DNA of 41,152 nucleotides from a virus (IMGVR_UViG_2703718810_000001:1-41152); one strand, 5' to 3'; positions 1 to 9,227 are shown, counted from the first letter of the stretch. A program made the numbers and translations. Notes: a model not told the origin generated them from the sequence alone.

Positions 1-440
1 ACGTAAACTTTTCCGGTTGTTGTCGATATCTCCCTATCCCTCAACCGGAAAATAATAATACTAAAGTGCTTAGCCCTGCTAATAATCACCTAATCCAAAC
101 GCCTCATTCATGTTCTGGTACAGTCGCTCAAATGTACTTCAGATGCGCGGTTCGCTGATTTCCAGGACATTGTCGTCATTCAGCGACCTGTCCCGTGTAT
201 CACGGTCCTGCGAATTCATCAAGGAATGCATTGCGGAGTGAAGTATCGAGTCACGCCATATTTCGCTATCAGGATTCTGTGTGATGGTTACATCGCCCGG
301 CCCAGGGCTGTTTAGTCATCAGCGCTTTCTGACAGTGCTGAGATTTCAACCTGTTGCAGTAAAAATGAGTAGATATAAGGCAAGTGTGCTGCCAAACCTA
401 TCTTTTACGGGGTGAAGGTAGATTTCGTTTGAAGGGTATC

Positions 441-455
441 TGGTGTCCCCTGCAG
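441..455. repeat. attL core (TGGTGTCCCCTGCAG)
   Basis: Exact 15-bp copy of the sequence at 40070-40084, which is the 3' end of argW; lies just upstream of torI. Confidence 0.7.
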
Positions 456-528
456 ACATCTACTTCAAGCAGCAGGGGATTGATTGGAATGGTGTTTTTT
501 AGATGTGAGAAATATTTTACCCGCTATT

Positions 529-729
529 TTACCCATTAGCGCGGCTTAAGAGCTTATTTTTGAATTCACAATGGTCACGATATAACCATCTTGCTCGCCC
601 GTGGATAACTTTGGCTTTTGGCAGGTCGCCGGACTTAATCCGGTCGTAGATGAAGGTTTTACCGAAGCCAGTATCAGCCATGATGAATTTCAGATCAACC
701 AGTGAATCAGGCTGTAGTTCGTGTTGCAT
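529..729 (-). CDS. torI: Excisionase / Tor inhibitor TorI (AlpA-family DNA-binding protein)
   Basis: 66-aa translation matches K-12 TorI as recalled (KplE1 excisionase); sits next to attL. Confidence 0.8.
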   Translation of the reverse strand: MQHELQPDSLVDLKFIMADTGFGKTFIYDRIKSGDLPKAKVIHGRARWLYRDHCEFKNKLLSRANG

Positions 730-853
730 GAGTGCTATCTCCGAATAGGGAATCGAACCTGCAAATCAGGCAATAAAAAACCGCATTGATGCGGCGATGG
801 TAGGTCTGGATATCTTGAGAAATGAACAGGCCTCATCGAGTGTGAGGCTGTGG

Positions 854-1225
854 TTAGTCCTTGCGTAGCTCGCTGATTCTTCTGTAAGTCTCTGGTGCTT
901 TGTTTCCGTGTATCTTCATTTCAGACTTCAACAGAGCAACGAGGGGATCCCATTCGTTGAGGATGCCTTTGAATGCCGGAACGCGCTTTGCAACCTTGTC
1001 GAATGAATCTCTGATTTCTGGAATCTGCTCGACAAGTGCAACGCATCGCCGGAAATCTGCTGCGTCATGTGGAGCGCCGAAGTGATGACCATAGATATTC
1101 TTTTTCAGTCCACATGCGATTGAGGCAAGAGTTGCGCTACTGATGCCTACATCACCAGTTGATTGCCATTTCAAAACCTTCATAGCCAAATCTGACATTT
1201 CTTGTCTCCAATAAAAAACCGCCAT
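854..1225 (-). CDS. hypothetical phage protein (123 aa)
   Basis: ORF in the leftward early operon; ATGA start/stop overlap with the upstream 55-aa ORF. Confidence 0.55.
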   Translation of the reverse strand: MAVFYWRQEMSDLAMKVLKWQSTGDVGISSATLASIACGLKKNIYGHHFGAPHDAADFRRCVALVEQIPEIRDSFDKVAKRVPAFKGILNEWDPLVALLKSEMKIHGNKAPETYRRISELRKD

Positions 1226-1392
1226 CAGGCGTCTTGGTGTTCTTTCAGTTCTTCAATTCGAATATTGGTTACGTCTGCATGCGCTATCTGCGCCCATATC
1301 ATCCAGTGGTCATAGCAGTCATTGATGTTCTCTGCTTCGATAACTCTGTTGAATGGTTCTCCATTCCATTCTCCTGTGACTCGGAAGTGCAT
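1225..1392 (-). CDS. hypothetical small protein (55 aa)
   Basis: Hand-translated ORF below the 60-aa cutoff; ATG at 1392, stop TGA at 1225-1227 overlapping the next start. Confidence 0.4.
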   Translation of the reverse strand: MHFRVTGEWNGEPFNRVIEAENINDCYDHWMIWAQIAHADVTNIRIEELKEHQDA

Positions 1393-1472
1393 TTATCATC
1401 TCCATAAAACAAAACTCGCCGTAGCGAGTTCAGATAAAAGAAATCCATCAATTGGTTAGGGTTTTTGTAATT

Positions 1473-1658
1473 CTACGAATTATGTTGTTTTTTAGCTTCA
1501 GCTTTCCATTCATCAAAGGCAGTGTCTTTGTTCATGGTGCTGATATTGATCTTACGGTCAATATCATATACACGCCACTCACCGTTAGGCCTCTCTTCGC
1601 ATCTAACTAAGTATGAATTGCCATTAATATCTATGCGTCTGTCTATTTGCATGAACAT
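1473..1658 (-). CDS. hypothetical small protein (~61 aa)
   Basis: ORF 1473..1664 begins with TTG; ATG at 1658 has AGAGGA upstream. Start uncertain. Confidence 0.45.
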   Translation of the reverse strand: MFMQIDRRIDINGNSYLVRCEERPNGEWRVYDIDRKINISTMNKDTAFDEWKAEAKKQHNS

Positions 1659-1778
1659 TTTCAATTTTCGAATCCTCTTTAATATGCATTTTTTGCTATT
1701 TCAGTAGTTTACTATTGATGAGGCGTTATTATACACACTTCATTAATGCAAGCATCTTTATGCTATGCTACTAATTTA

Positions 1779-2057
1779 TCAATTGATATTCACCTTTATC
1801 GCGTATACCTTTACCGGATTCTCACCAAAGTGCGGATGCGTTATTACCTTGATTTCATATCCGTCATACGGAACATCAATTCTGCGGCTGGAATCGTCGC
1901 GCTTCGGATATCCCTTTGTGATAATCAGGCGGTCATATTCCCGGAACATAATTCGCTTATTCCAGTAGTCATTACACAGGCGATACTCTTCCGTTTTCTC
2001 CCCGCGAATCATGGCATCGAAGTATTCACCTTTGACGGCAAGTTGCAGGTTAGCCAC
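1779..2057 (-). CDS. hypothetical phage protein (92 aa)
   Basis: GTG start preceded by AAGGAGG about 6 nt upstream; part of a tightly packed operon. Confidence 0.55.
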   Translation of the reverse strand: MANLQLAVKGEYFDAMIRGEKTEEYRLCNDYWNKRIMFREYDRLIITKGYPKRDDSSRRIDVPYDGYEIKVITHPHFGENPVKVYAIKVNIN

Positions 2058-2334
2058 GACCTTCCTCCTTTGGCTTGTGAATTTGTATCGTCATGCCGCT
2101 TTGAGTGGTGACTACAATGACAGAACCAGCCTGAAGGCTGTTAAGATTGAATGCTTCGTAAAACGAATCCAATGCCAGTGCTTTTTTATTCTTCCGGTTC
2201 CACCAACGCCATCCCTTGCTACAGGCTACACTGACAATCCACTGTCCACTCCTGTAAGCCATATAAAACCAGATGAGCAAAACCTGAAGGAAGGCTATCC
2301 AGTCAATAATCGTATATTTCGCGAAGGCGTCCAT
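2050..2334 (-). CDS. hypothetical membrane protein (94 aa)
   Basis: Hydrophobic stretch IIDWIAFLQVLLIWFYMAY; TAATG overlap with the upstream Lar-like gene. Confidence 0.5.
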   Translation of the reverse strand: MDAFAKYTIIDWIAFLQVLLIWFYMAYRSGQWIVSVACSKGWRWWNRKNKKALALDSFYEAFNLNSLQAGSVIVVTTQSGMTIQIHKPKEEGRG

Positions 2335-2630
2335 TACTTCACCTCCTGCGGAGTAGCCTTTACAAGCACTGGTGTAAATCCATCTTCATTAAGGTTATGA
2401 ATATAGACTTCTGTTCTCCTGCGCTCTTCAACGTTTAATATTGTTTCTGGATCATAAACCCATACTTTCATTCGACTATTCCATGAAGAAATCGCTTCAG
2501 ATCTAGTTCGTTTTTCTGGTCCTTGGGCACCACATTTGCATGACACATAGCGCATTTTCCCTCTGATACTGAATGAGTATCCGATGTTAAGCACAGTGGA
2601 ACCACAGAATGGGCAGCGATATAGATTCAT
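2334..2630 (-). CDS. Lar-family restriction alleviation protein (zinc ribbon)
   Basis: CPFCGS...CKCG...WN motif typical of the Lar family; ATGA overlap with the upstream gene. Confidence 0.6.
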   Translation of the reverse strand: MNLYRCPFCGSTVLNIGYSFSIRGKMRYVSCKCGAQGPEKRTRSEAISSWNSRMKVWVYDPETILNVEERRRTEVYIHNLNEDGFTPVLVKATPQEVK

Positions 2631-3160
2631 AAATCATCCACCTTAGGCGCAGCTGAGACAGCAACATTCCAGAACTCAGAAAACATATTGTATGCACCAG
2701 ATAGATTGGAAGTGGCATACCCTCCAAGCTCACTTCTAATCTGAACGGCTCTCATCATTTCCGGGGTTAACTCCTTCGGCACCATAACCCAACCATCCGG
2801 AATGACCGGAGAGTTGCCATTTATATCGAAGTTTGGCTCTGCGTCCTGAACCAGGAGGATGTAACCATTCTTGGCAGTATCAAGTTCTAACGCCTCGGTG
2901 ACGGTGCCGAAATAGCGATTACCTAAATCAGCATCACAAGTGCTTACATCAATGGAAACTTCCATACCCTCGATTAATTCTGGCAAGTTGTAAGTCTGGC
3001 TTACAGGTTCTGCACTATCAGCTTCGCGCCGCTTCTGTAGCTCTGCTGCCATTGCTCTCACGACTTCAACTGGTGCCCTTGCAGCAAACTCTATGTTGGT
3101 GATCAGCTCATTAAGATATTGCTCGCTGGGATACTGTTTCTTATTGGTAATAGTGGTCAT
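2627..3160 (-). CDS. hypothetical phage protein (177 aa)
   Basis: Long ORF with ATGA coupling at both ends. Confidence 0.6.
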   Translation of the reverse strand: MTTITNKKQYPSEQYLNELITNIEFAARAPVEVVRAMAAELQKRREADSAEPVSQTYNLPELIEGMEVSIDVSTCDADLGNRYFGTVTEALELDTAKNGYILLVQDAEPNFDINGNSPVIPDGWVMVPKELTPEMMRAVQIRSELGGYATSNLSGAYNMFSEFWNVAVSAAPKVDDL

Positions 3161-3366
3161 GTGTTAATCCTCAAAACTTTATGCCCGGGCGCAAAAGTAC
3201 GTGTTTTGTCTTTGCTTATTCGCCACCCGTCTTTACGGGCCTCTTTTGCACAACCAGACCATGACGTACCGATATACTCACCGAAGTCTGGCACTGGATA
3301 TACACCTTCCGTACACTGGCGACAATCACAATAGAGATGCATGGTGTAACTTGCGGCAATAGCCAT
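3157..3366 (-). CDS. hypothetical Cys-rich small protein (~69 aa)
   Basis: ATG at 3366 sits 1 nt after the Ea22-like stop; CDCRQC motif. ORF tool start at 3396 is probably too far upstream. Confidence 0.45.
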   Translation of the reverse strand: MAIAASYTMHLYCDCRQCTEGVYPVPDFGEYIGTSWSGCAKEARKDGWRISKDKTRTFAPGHKVLRINT

Positions 3367-3367
3367 A

Positions 3368-4396
3368 TCAGTCTCCTTTGATGCGAATACCAGCAAGCCA
3401 GTTTCTTATGCCGATATATTCAGCGTTCCTGAAACCGCTTTTTACATATATAAATGGCAAGCGAAGATTGTGACCATTGGCTGCCAGGTAGTCTTTACAA
3501 CCCTGTTCGGTGAAACAGCAGGTAACGAATTCATCAATATCTTTCACAGCAACGCGCCGCCATTTTTCTGGTGGCTCCCGAAAGTTTTCATGAAGTAGTT
3601 CGAGACGACGACTTTGGAGTTTATTGGCTTCATTGCCATCTTCATCAACCCAGACAATCCGGTCATAGTCATAATCAGCATCAACAACGATTTCGCGCTT
3701 TTGATACACACAAAACATAGGATCTGACGTTATTCGATTATCCTGTGTTCGAATATTTTCACCGATGATGCCAAACGAATCTGGTGCAGATTTTGTCTGC
3801 ATCTCTTCGATACGTTCAGCCATCGCAGCACACTCTTCAAAGTTGCTTAATGCTTTTCGCTCCCATTCGGCGCATTGTTTTTCCAGTTCTGCTATGTGCT
3901 TACTTCCATCTGCGATTACTCCCTCGTAATACTCGCGTTGTTCATTGAGTTTTGCTCTCACCTCCTCAAGCTCAACGCGCAGCCTCCCTGCCGTTAGCGC
4001 AATATCCTCGTTCTCCTGGTCGCGGCGTTTGATGTATTGCTGGTTTCTTTCCCGTTCTTCCAGAAGCGCCAGCACAATATGTGGCGTTATCAAGGACTTA
4101 AATTCGTCAACAGCTTGTTCGCCTCGCTTGTAATTCTTAATCCCACCTAAATTTTTCGCGTTCTGTGCCGCCTCACGCAGTGCCTGATAGTCAATCTCGC
4201 TCACTGGTTGCCTCCTTTGCTCGCTGATTCCACTCTGCTCTAACCTCTGAATAAAAAATCGCGCAGTCATTTCCAGGCGCTGCATATTTGCTACCAGATT
4301 GAGCGCGACACGTACCGCATCGAACGAAATAGAATCGACCGCCAGAGCCATATTCAGGGTGATCTGCTTCGCTGGCAACGTGCGCTGCGCCGCCAC
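3368..4396 (-). CDS. Ea22-like early protein (coiled-coil); start uncertain
   Basis: Long ORF with a coiled-coil central region; GTG start at 4396; 5' end overlaps the Lar-like ORF in another frame. Confidence 0.55.
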   Translation of the reverse strand: MAAQRTLPAKQITLNMALAVDSISFDAVRVALNLVANMQRLEMTARFFIQRLEQSGISEQRRQPVSEIDYQALREAAQNAKNLGGIKNYKRGEQAVDEFKSLITPHIVLALLEERERNQQYIKRRDQENEDIALTAGRLRVELEEVRAKLNEQREYYEGVIADGSKHIAELEKQCAEWERKALSNFEECAAMAERIEEMQTKSAPDSFGIIGENIRTQDNRITSDPMFCVYQKREIVVDADYDYDRIVWVDEDGNEANKLQSRRLELLHENFREPPEKWRRVAVKDIDEFVTCCFTEQGCKDYLAANGHNLRLPFIYVKSGFRNAEYIGIRNWLAGIRIKGD

Positions 4397-4424
4397 AGAA
4401 TGGACATGGTAGTAGGTTGCTCAT
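4191..4424 (-). CDS. Lar-like zinc-ribbon protein (77 aa)
   Basis: LPCPFCGG...CGTC...WNQRA motif; ATG at 4424 forms an ATGA overlap with the upstream stop. Confidence 0.5.
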   Translation of the reverse strand: MSNLLPCPFCGGAAHVASEADHPEYGSGGRFYFVRCGTCRAQSGSKYAAPGNDCAIFYSEVRAEWNQRAKEATSERD

Positions 4425-4915
4425 GAATGCACTCCCTCGTGAAGCTGTTCCGCACAATGCAGCAGGGCGTCAGTCGCCTCTTTCACCGTAACGCAGTCGC
4501 CATCGTCCAGCCCGGACACCGACGCGTGCTTAACGAACGCCGCGCAAAGGTCATCAAAAGCCTTAGCCCGGACTTCAGCCAGGAAAGCATCGGTGGCTGG
4601 GGTGTCTGATTGCATAGACTTTGCGCGATAGTCATTCCACCCTCTTGCATACATGGGATTAACTTGCACTCCATCTTTTACGCAATATGCCTGCCCTCCA
4701 CGGTTGATAACCTTGATTTCGTCCATAGCGCCAGACTTCAGCCCCGCATTCTCCGCAGCCAGCGCCGCGCATTTAGCTTCAAGTTCAGCAAATTTACGCA
4801 CCAGATATTCAGCGTTTGTTTCGTTAACCTTTAAATCTCGTGGGATGCATTTACCTTTCAGAAAACCATCCATCTCAATTAGTGTCATTTGTTTCATTTT
4901 TTTCCACTCCGCCAC
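4421..4915 (-). CDS. hypothetical phage protein (164 aa)
   Basis: ORF in the early operon; several in-frame Met near the N-terminus, start uncertain. Confidence 0.55.
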   Translation of the reverse strand: MAEWKKMKQMTLIEMDGFLKGKCIPRDLKVNETNAEYLVRKFAELEAKCAALAAENAGLKSGAMDEIKVINRGGQAYCVKDGVQVNPMYARGWNDYRAKSMQSDTPATDAFLAEVRAKAFDDLCAAFVKHASVSGLDDGDCVTVKEATDALLHCAEQLHEGVHS

Positions 4916-5058
4916 ATCGCATTCAGATATTTGTTGTCATTAACAGAACCGAAACTCTTTCTTTTAAGCAATTCCTCTCTCGATGGCATTGGCTTTACGC
5001 GTTGGCGAATAATCATTTCTGCCGGAAGAATGCCGGGATTGTATGCAAGTCCTCTCAT
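4894..5058 (-). CDS. hypothetical small basic protein (~54 aa)
   Basis: ATG at 5058 with GAGGAA about 7 nt upstream; longer ORF-track version overlaps neighbours. Confidence 0.35.
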   Translation of the reverse strand: MRGLAYNPGILPAEMIIRQRVKPMPSREELLKRKSFGSVNDNKYLNAMWRSGKK

Positions 5059-5068
5059 GGAAAATTCC

Positions 5069-5365
5069 TCAGTCATTACTGATAGCGCCATAGCGTGAGC
5101 GGTAATTACGCAGGCGCGGGTCGATATATTCAGGGAAGTGGGTATATGTGGCTTTGCGGAATGGTCGGATTGATGTCTGGTAAATTCGCTCGCGTTCTTC
5201 TTTCTCTGCAAGCCATATACAATGGCGAAATTCCTTTTCCTCTTTCGTTTCCTGCGGTAGCGACATTATCCGATCGTAGTTTTTTCTGAATTTATCCAGC
5301 ACCTCCGATACGGAATTGCCGGAACAGCGGCGCGCGTCGTCCGCACCATACAGAGGCGCTGGCAT
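5069..5365 (-). CDS. hypothetical phage protein (98 aa)
   Basis: ATG at 5365 with AGGA upstream. Confidence 0.55.
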   Translation of the reverse strand: MPAPLYGADDARRCSGNSVSEVLDKFRKNYDRIMSLPQETKEEKEFRHCIWLAEKEERERIYQTSIRPFRKATYTHFPEYIDPRLRNYRSRYGAISND

Positions 5366-5388
5366 AATGGAATCCTTATGTTGCTACT

Positions 5389-5772
5389 TTAGAAGGGAAT
5401 TGAATCGTCGTATTCAGGATGATTTTGATGATTGCTACTTAGCTGCTGTTGGCTGTTTCCTGAAGTTGCAAATCCAATCTTTGCATTCAGTAATTCAAGA
5501 GTGATTGATTGACCATTTTGCCCCTGATAAACATCAACCCTGATGTTTTCTCCGGTAATTTCTACAATGCCACCTTCAACAAGAACACTACGGTAGTAAT
5601 CCGCTTGCGCTCCCGGCTTGGCAAATACAACGGCGCTGTAGTTTGTCCATTCTTTCTTTTTTGTCTGGCGATCGTAATACTGAACGCCAGCACGGATGTT
5701 GAATCCGATATTTTCCCCGGTCTGAAACTCTCTTGCGGGCTTGTTTAGTCTTACAGTAATCGAATGTGCCAT
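5389..5772 (-). CDS. ssb: phage single-stranded DNA-binding protein (SSB-like)
   Basis: C-terminus ends in DDSIPF, the SSB acidic tail; ATG at 5772 overlaps the erf stop (TAATG). Confidence 0.65.
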   Translation of the reverse strand: MAHSITVRLNKPAREFQTGENIGFNIRAGVQYYDRQTKKKEWTNYSAVVFAKPGAQADYYRSVLVEGGIVEITGENIRVDVYQGQNGQSITLELLNAKIGFATSGNSQQQLSSNHQNHPEYDDSIPF

Positions 5773-6377
5773 TAAGCAGCAGCTCCTTCTAATTCGTCTC
5801 GTCTGATGTTGTAAACGTCCTGCGCTTTGTGCTGCTCCGGTGTGCCTTCGAGCATCTTCCACGCTTTGGCGAACGCCTGTTTAAGCTCTTCTACGGTGTT
5901 TTTCTGCATTGCTGCGTCAGTGAATGCTTTTAGAACCTGTTCAGGTGTAGGTGATGGTTTTGATTGCTTTGCTGCTGCGTTCTGCTGATGTTTATGCTCG
6001 TCGGTATCTGCATCTTTCGCATCATCAATGCCGAATAAACCATTGAGGCAATACTTGCGTGCATAAGAGCTTGTAGCTCCCGTAACTTGTGCAGAATCCA
6101 TTCCTTTCTTGCTTTCTTCCTCTCGTGCAAGAGCGGTTGCCGTATGACTGTTTTCGCCATCGGTAATAGTTGCCGTGGCTTTCACGTAATACCGATCACC
6201 AATCAACACAACTTCATCGCTGATTGATAAAAACAGGCCATTCAGTAGCGGCTTAACGCCTTCAAGAATGTCTTCGCAGCTTCTGTATTTATATTTACCG
6301 AATGAGTTGTACTGATTCTTTGGCGCGTTCAGATTCTCCTGAATAGCTGCCAGTCTTGCGTAAAATTCTTTGCTCAT
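5772..6377 (-). CDS. erf: ERF-family single-strand annealing protein
   Basis: Translation from MSKEFYARL matches P22 Erf as recalled; ATG at 6377, ORF-track start at 6407 is TTG. Confidence 0.75.
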   Translation of the reverse strand: MSKEFYARLAAIQENLNAPKNQYNSFGKYKYRSCEDILEGVKPLLNGLFLSISDEVVLIGDRYYVKATATITDGENSHTATALAREEESKKGMDSAQVTGATSSYARKYCLNGLFGIDDAKDADTDEHKHQQNAAAKQSKPSPTPEQVLKAFTDAAMQKNTVEELKQAFAKAWKMLEGTPEQHKAQDVYNIRRDELEGAAA

Positions 6378-6478
6378 ATGTTTGTTCTCAGAATGGACAT
6401 TCCCCAAGGAAATAACGCTGATTTAATACTTCGACTCGGGACAAATTAAGGCATACCCGCATTCCTTCGCGGTCGCCA

Positions 6479-6592
6479 TTATGGCGATACCAGAGAGCTT
6501 TCTGCGTGTACATGCGTCTCTGTAACTTGCTCTCCTTCACTGTGGTTGCAAGTGACATGAATATCTCCTTCGTTACCGATTAATTCTTTCAT
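6479..6592 (-). CDS. possible small ORF (37 aa) between kil-like and erf
   Basis: Hand-translated; no convincing RBS; sits where P22 has arf. Weak. Confidence 0.2.
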   Translation of the reverse strand: MKELIGNEGDIHVTCNHSEGEQVTETHVHAESSLVSP

Positions 6593-6632
6593 CTGACGAA
6601 TGAATTCTTCGTCTGACCAGTTATCTGTAAAA

Positions 6633-6785
6633 CTCATTTCCTGCGATACCACGGAAGGTTGATAGCTGATTTCATCGCTTTATTTGCTTCAAGCCACATT
6701 TTTGAATCACCAATAAATCTGGCTATTACTGCTTTGTTTTGTGCCGCACGAAGCATCTGGTGATTAATGGCTATTTCATTGCGCA
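6633..6785 (-). CDS. kil: Kil-like small protein (50 aa)
   Basis: Hand-translated MRNEIAINHQMLRAAQNKAVIARFIGDSKMWLEANKAMKSAINLPWYRRK; FIGD.KM motif resembles lambda Kil as recalled; located just after cIII. Confidence 0.4.
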
Positions 6786-6905
6786 TAACGCCTCCAGTTG
6801 TTTCTTTGCTGCTCTGATTAATTGTTTAACTCGGCGTGATAATTCAGATTCGTGCGGGTAGAAAGCGGACATGACGCCGCTACCCGCGAGCTGAAAGTGC
6901 ATCAT
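6771..6905 (-). CDS. cIII: CIII-like protein (FtsH inhibitor)
   Basis: MMHFQLAGSGVMSAFYPHESELSRRVKQLIRAAKKQL resembles lambda CIII; ATG at 6905 with AAGGAG 7 nt upstream. Confidence 0.6.
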   Translation of the reverse strand: MMHFQLAGSGVMSAFYPHESELSRRVKQLIRAAKKQLEALCAMK

Positions 6906-7131
6906 GGGTAACTCCTTATATTTGATTGCATAACGAAAACGCCTCGAGTGAAGCGTTATTGGTATGCATATAAAAAGGCCCTCACACTGGAGGGCAAAGA
7001 AGATTTCCAATAATCAGAACAAGTCGGCTCCTGTTTAGTTACGAGCGACATTGCTCCGTGTATTCACTCGTTGGAATGAATACACAGTGCAGTGTTTATT
7101 CTGTTGTTTATGCCAAAAATAAAGGCCACCA

Positions 7132-7383
7132 TCAGGCAGCCTTGTTGTAAATGTTGCAGGTATCAAGTAAGTAATTAGATGGAGCGCCATAAATTATGAA
7201 TTCATCGTTTGTCGGGTCCATCTCCATCTCTTGGCCTATTGCCATTCTTGCGTCAGTGTCATCAGAGGCGAAGCATAAAACAGCCCACGCACCCATTGTT
7301 TTAAAAAGAACTGCAATTGGCTGTGGTTTTACTGAATTTGCGTTAGCGCGAAAATCACAAATCGCACTTTCATGAAACTCCAT
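7132..7383 (-). CDS. hypothetical early protein (83 aa)
   Basis: ATG at 7383 with GAGGTG upstream. Confidence 0.55.
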   Translation of the reverse strand: MEFHESAICDFRANANSVKPQPIAVLFKTMGAWAVLCFASDDTDARMAIGQEMEMDPTNDEFIIYGAPSNYLLDTCNIYNKAA

Positions 7384-7437
7384 ATCTCACCTCAAATAAG
7401 TGGTTTGCTGCGAAAGTAAATACGCTTAAGTTACCTG

Positions 7438-7575
7438 TTATTTATCCCACCAAGTTCCGTATCTATCTATCCAGTTACACCAATCATCGACACTCCATTT
7501 TGTTGTGTCGCATTTTGGCAATTGACATGAATATCTACCTTCTTTGTAAAGTCGGCGTTTGACTTTCTTGAGCAT
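7438..7575 (-). CDS. hypothetical Cys-rich small protein (45 aa)
   Basis: ATG at 7575 with GAGGT 5 nt upstream, 8 nt after the N stop. Confidence 0.4.
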   Translation of the reverse strand: MLKKVKRRLYKEGRYSCQLPKCDTTKWSVDDWCNWIDRYGTWWDK

Positions 7576-7582
7576 GACTACC

Positions 7583-7888
7583 TCAATCGTAATAAGCTGG
7601 AATTGATTTTCCGCGTTGTTTCTGGCGACCAACACAAGTCACCCCCATTTCACTGCGTGGCTTGCGGTAGTAAATACGGTTCTGTTTACGCTCGACTTCT
7701 TCTGCCTTCTTGCAGCGAAGGCTTCCGAGTGATGCTGCTTTATCTGCTCTGACGCAACCAGAGAGCTTTAGCGCAATTTTTCGCGCCAGTCGCTGCTCTT
7801 GCATTGCCTGTTCACGTTGAGCCTGTCTGCGTGCTCTGCGGCGATTTCTGGCGTTATCGTCAGCCAGATATGTAATGACTACTGTCAT
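7583..7888 (-). CDS. N: N-like transcription antitermination protein
   Basis: Arg-rich N-terminus (NARNRRRARRQAQ) and C-terminus ...VTCVGRQKQRGKSIP resembling lambda N; first gene downstream of pL. Confidence 0.7.
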   Translation of the reverse strand: MTVVITYLADDNARNRRRARRQAQREQAMQEQRLARKIALKLSGCVRADKAASLGSLRCKKAEEVERKQNRIYYRKPRSEMGVTCVGRQKQRGKSIPAYYD

Positions 7889-7943
7889 GTTGACCTCCGA
7901 TGAAACAACTTTGGAATTTTTTTTATTACAAAGTGGTTTCCTT

Positions 7944-7973
7944 CCCCGCCAATTAGACGGGGATGGAAGAGCA
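7944..7973 (-). promoter_or_regulatory. nutL candidate (boxA GCTCTTCC plus boxB hairpin)
   Basis: On the leftward transcript: TGCTCTTCC followed by CCCCGTC-TAATT-GGCGGGG (7-bp stem, 5-nt loop), about 60 nt upstream of N. Confidence 0.5.
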
Positions 7974-8377
7974 TTTATGAGCCTTCATGGACTCTGCTCG
8001 ATCAGTTCTATTTAATTAATCTCTCAACTGAATGTAAGTATTCACATAAATCCTCCTACCTCTTGTGCAGCTTTCTTGAATATGGTGGCGGCTGCATAAC
8101 GCCTATGGAATTGACTTTGGCGATTGGATGGCCGGTGCTGAACTCCGGCTTACTGGTTAGAGCGCCCGCACTACCAGTGACGCTGTCTTGAGGCGCAGAT
8201 TGGTTACTGCTTGCCATGAGCGCTGTTTATACATTGGTCGAGCATCAGCCTGCTCATTCATCCAATCCCAAAGCCAACTACTCTTTGGTTCCCGCATTTC
8301 GGCGGGACAATCCCATCAATGTTAAAGAGCCTGCCAATCTGTTCCGTTTGGCTACCAGCGTCCTGCTGATGGCTTAA

Positions 8378-8450
8378 ATTTAAGATCTCTTTAATTAATG
8401 GTCAAGAGTATTTTTGAAGAAAACTTAAATTTTCTTTCGTAACTTAAGTT
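8378..8450. promoter_or_regulatory. OL/pL region with P22-type operator sites
   Basis: ATTTAAGATCTCTTTAAT at 8378-8395 matches the OR site pattern ATTTAAGTGTTCTTTAAT; further TTAAG/CTTAA half-sites follow. Confidence 0.5.
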
Positions 8451-8472
8451 TTGCTTTGATTTTTAAAGGAAA

Positions 8473-8496
8473 TAAAAAAAAGGGGCGAATGCCCCC
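8473..8496 (-). terminator. rho-independent terminator after the repressor gene
   Basis: Directly after the c2 stop on the minus strand: GGGGC-ATTC-GCCCC followed by a run of 8 T. Confidence 0.6.
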
Positions 8497-9147
8497 TTAT
8501 GGAAGGTTTGCTAGTTTTGCATCGACAACTACGCCGATGATTTTGCAGTTTCCGTTGATCTCGATCATCGGATATTGTGGGTTAAGTGGTTTTAGAAACT
8601 TCCTGCCTGCATCAATAACTAACTTCTTGAAAGTTGCCTCGTTTTCTCCTTCGAGCTTTGCAACTACCAGTTTCCCGTTACGCGGCTCTACTTCAGGATC
8701 GACGAGTATTATCATTCCTTCAGGGATACTGAGACCGGCCGGAGCCGTCATTGAGTCTCCCTTCACGTCCAACCAAAACGAATCTTCTGAACAGTCTACG
8801 GTTGTATCGTACCAGTTATCTATTGCACGCTTATGATATGGTTCTACAGCTTCCATCCAGCATCCTGCGCTCACCCAGCTAATCAGAGGGTATGACCCTC
8901 TTGGATCATGCCTACTGTGATAGGCAATGTTTGAAAGACTTTCCTCTCCTTTCATCAGATAGTCAGGGGAACACTTCAACGCATTAGCCAGGGCGAGAAG
9001 ATTCTCTCCATTTGGCTCTGTCTCAGAGCGTTCCCACTGAGATATGGCAACATTAGACACGCCGACCATCTTTCCAAGTGCGGCCTGTCTGATCTTGAGT
9101 TCTTTTCTCCGAGCGCGAATGCGCTCTCCCATCAATTGAGTTTTCAT
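8497..9147 (-). CDS. c2: P22 c2-type prophage repressor (HTH plus LexA-like peptidase domain)
   Basis: 216-aa translation closely matches P22 c2 as recalled; divergent from cro. Confidence 0.85.
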   Translation of the reverse strand: MKTQLMGERIRARRKELKIRQAALGKMVGVSNVAISQWERSETEPNGENLLALANALKCSPDYLMKGEESLSNIAYHSRHDPRGSYPLISWVSAGCWMEAVEPYHKRAIDNWYDTTVDCSEDSFWLDVKGDSMTAPAGLSIPEGMIILVDPEVEPRNGKLVVAKLEGENEATFKKLVIDAGRKFLKPLNPQYPMIEINGNCKIIGVVVDAKLANLP

Positions 9148-9148
9148 A

Positions 9149-9214
9149 GTTAAGACATCTTAAATAAACTTGACTTAAGATTCCTTTAGTGGATAATTTA
9201 AGTGTTCTTTAATT
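9149..9214. promoter_or_regulatory. OR/pR/pRM operator region (P22 immC type)
   Basis: TTAAGACATCTTAA at 9150-9163 and ATTTAAGTGTTCTTTAAT at 9196-9213, between the divergent c2 and cro starts. Confidence 0.65.
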
Positions 9215-9227
9215 TCGGAGCGAGTCT

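Noticed and set aside
1-440. Coding potential in the left host flank
   Set aside because: No ORF of meaningful length on either strand; treated as host intergenic DNA outside the prophage.
1746-2400. Plus-strand ORFs (1746..2111, 1765..1968, 2011..2400) in the leftward early region
   Set aside because: They run antisense to a tightly coupled minus-strand operon and lack start or RBS context; treated as shadow ORFs.
4427-5289. Plus-strand ORFs 4427..4609, 4610..4834, 4653..4943, 4840..5082, 4889..5098, 5095..5289
   Set aside because: Overlap minus-strand genes across their whole length; low-complexity translations; no coupling or RBS.
8456-8836. 126-aa plus-strand ORF
   Set aside because: Lies antisense within the repressor gene and begins inside its terminator; low-complexity Ser/Thr-rich translation.
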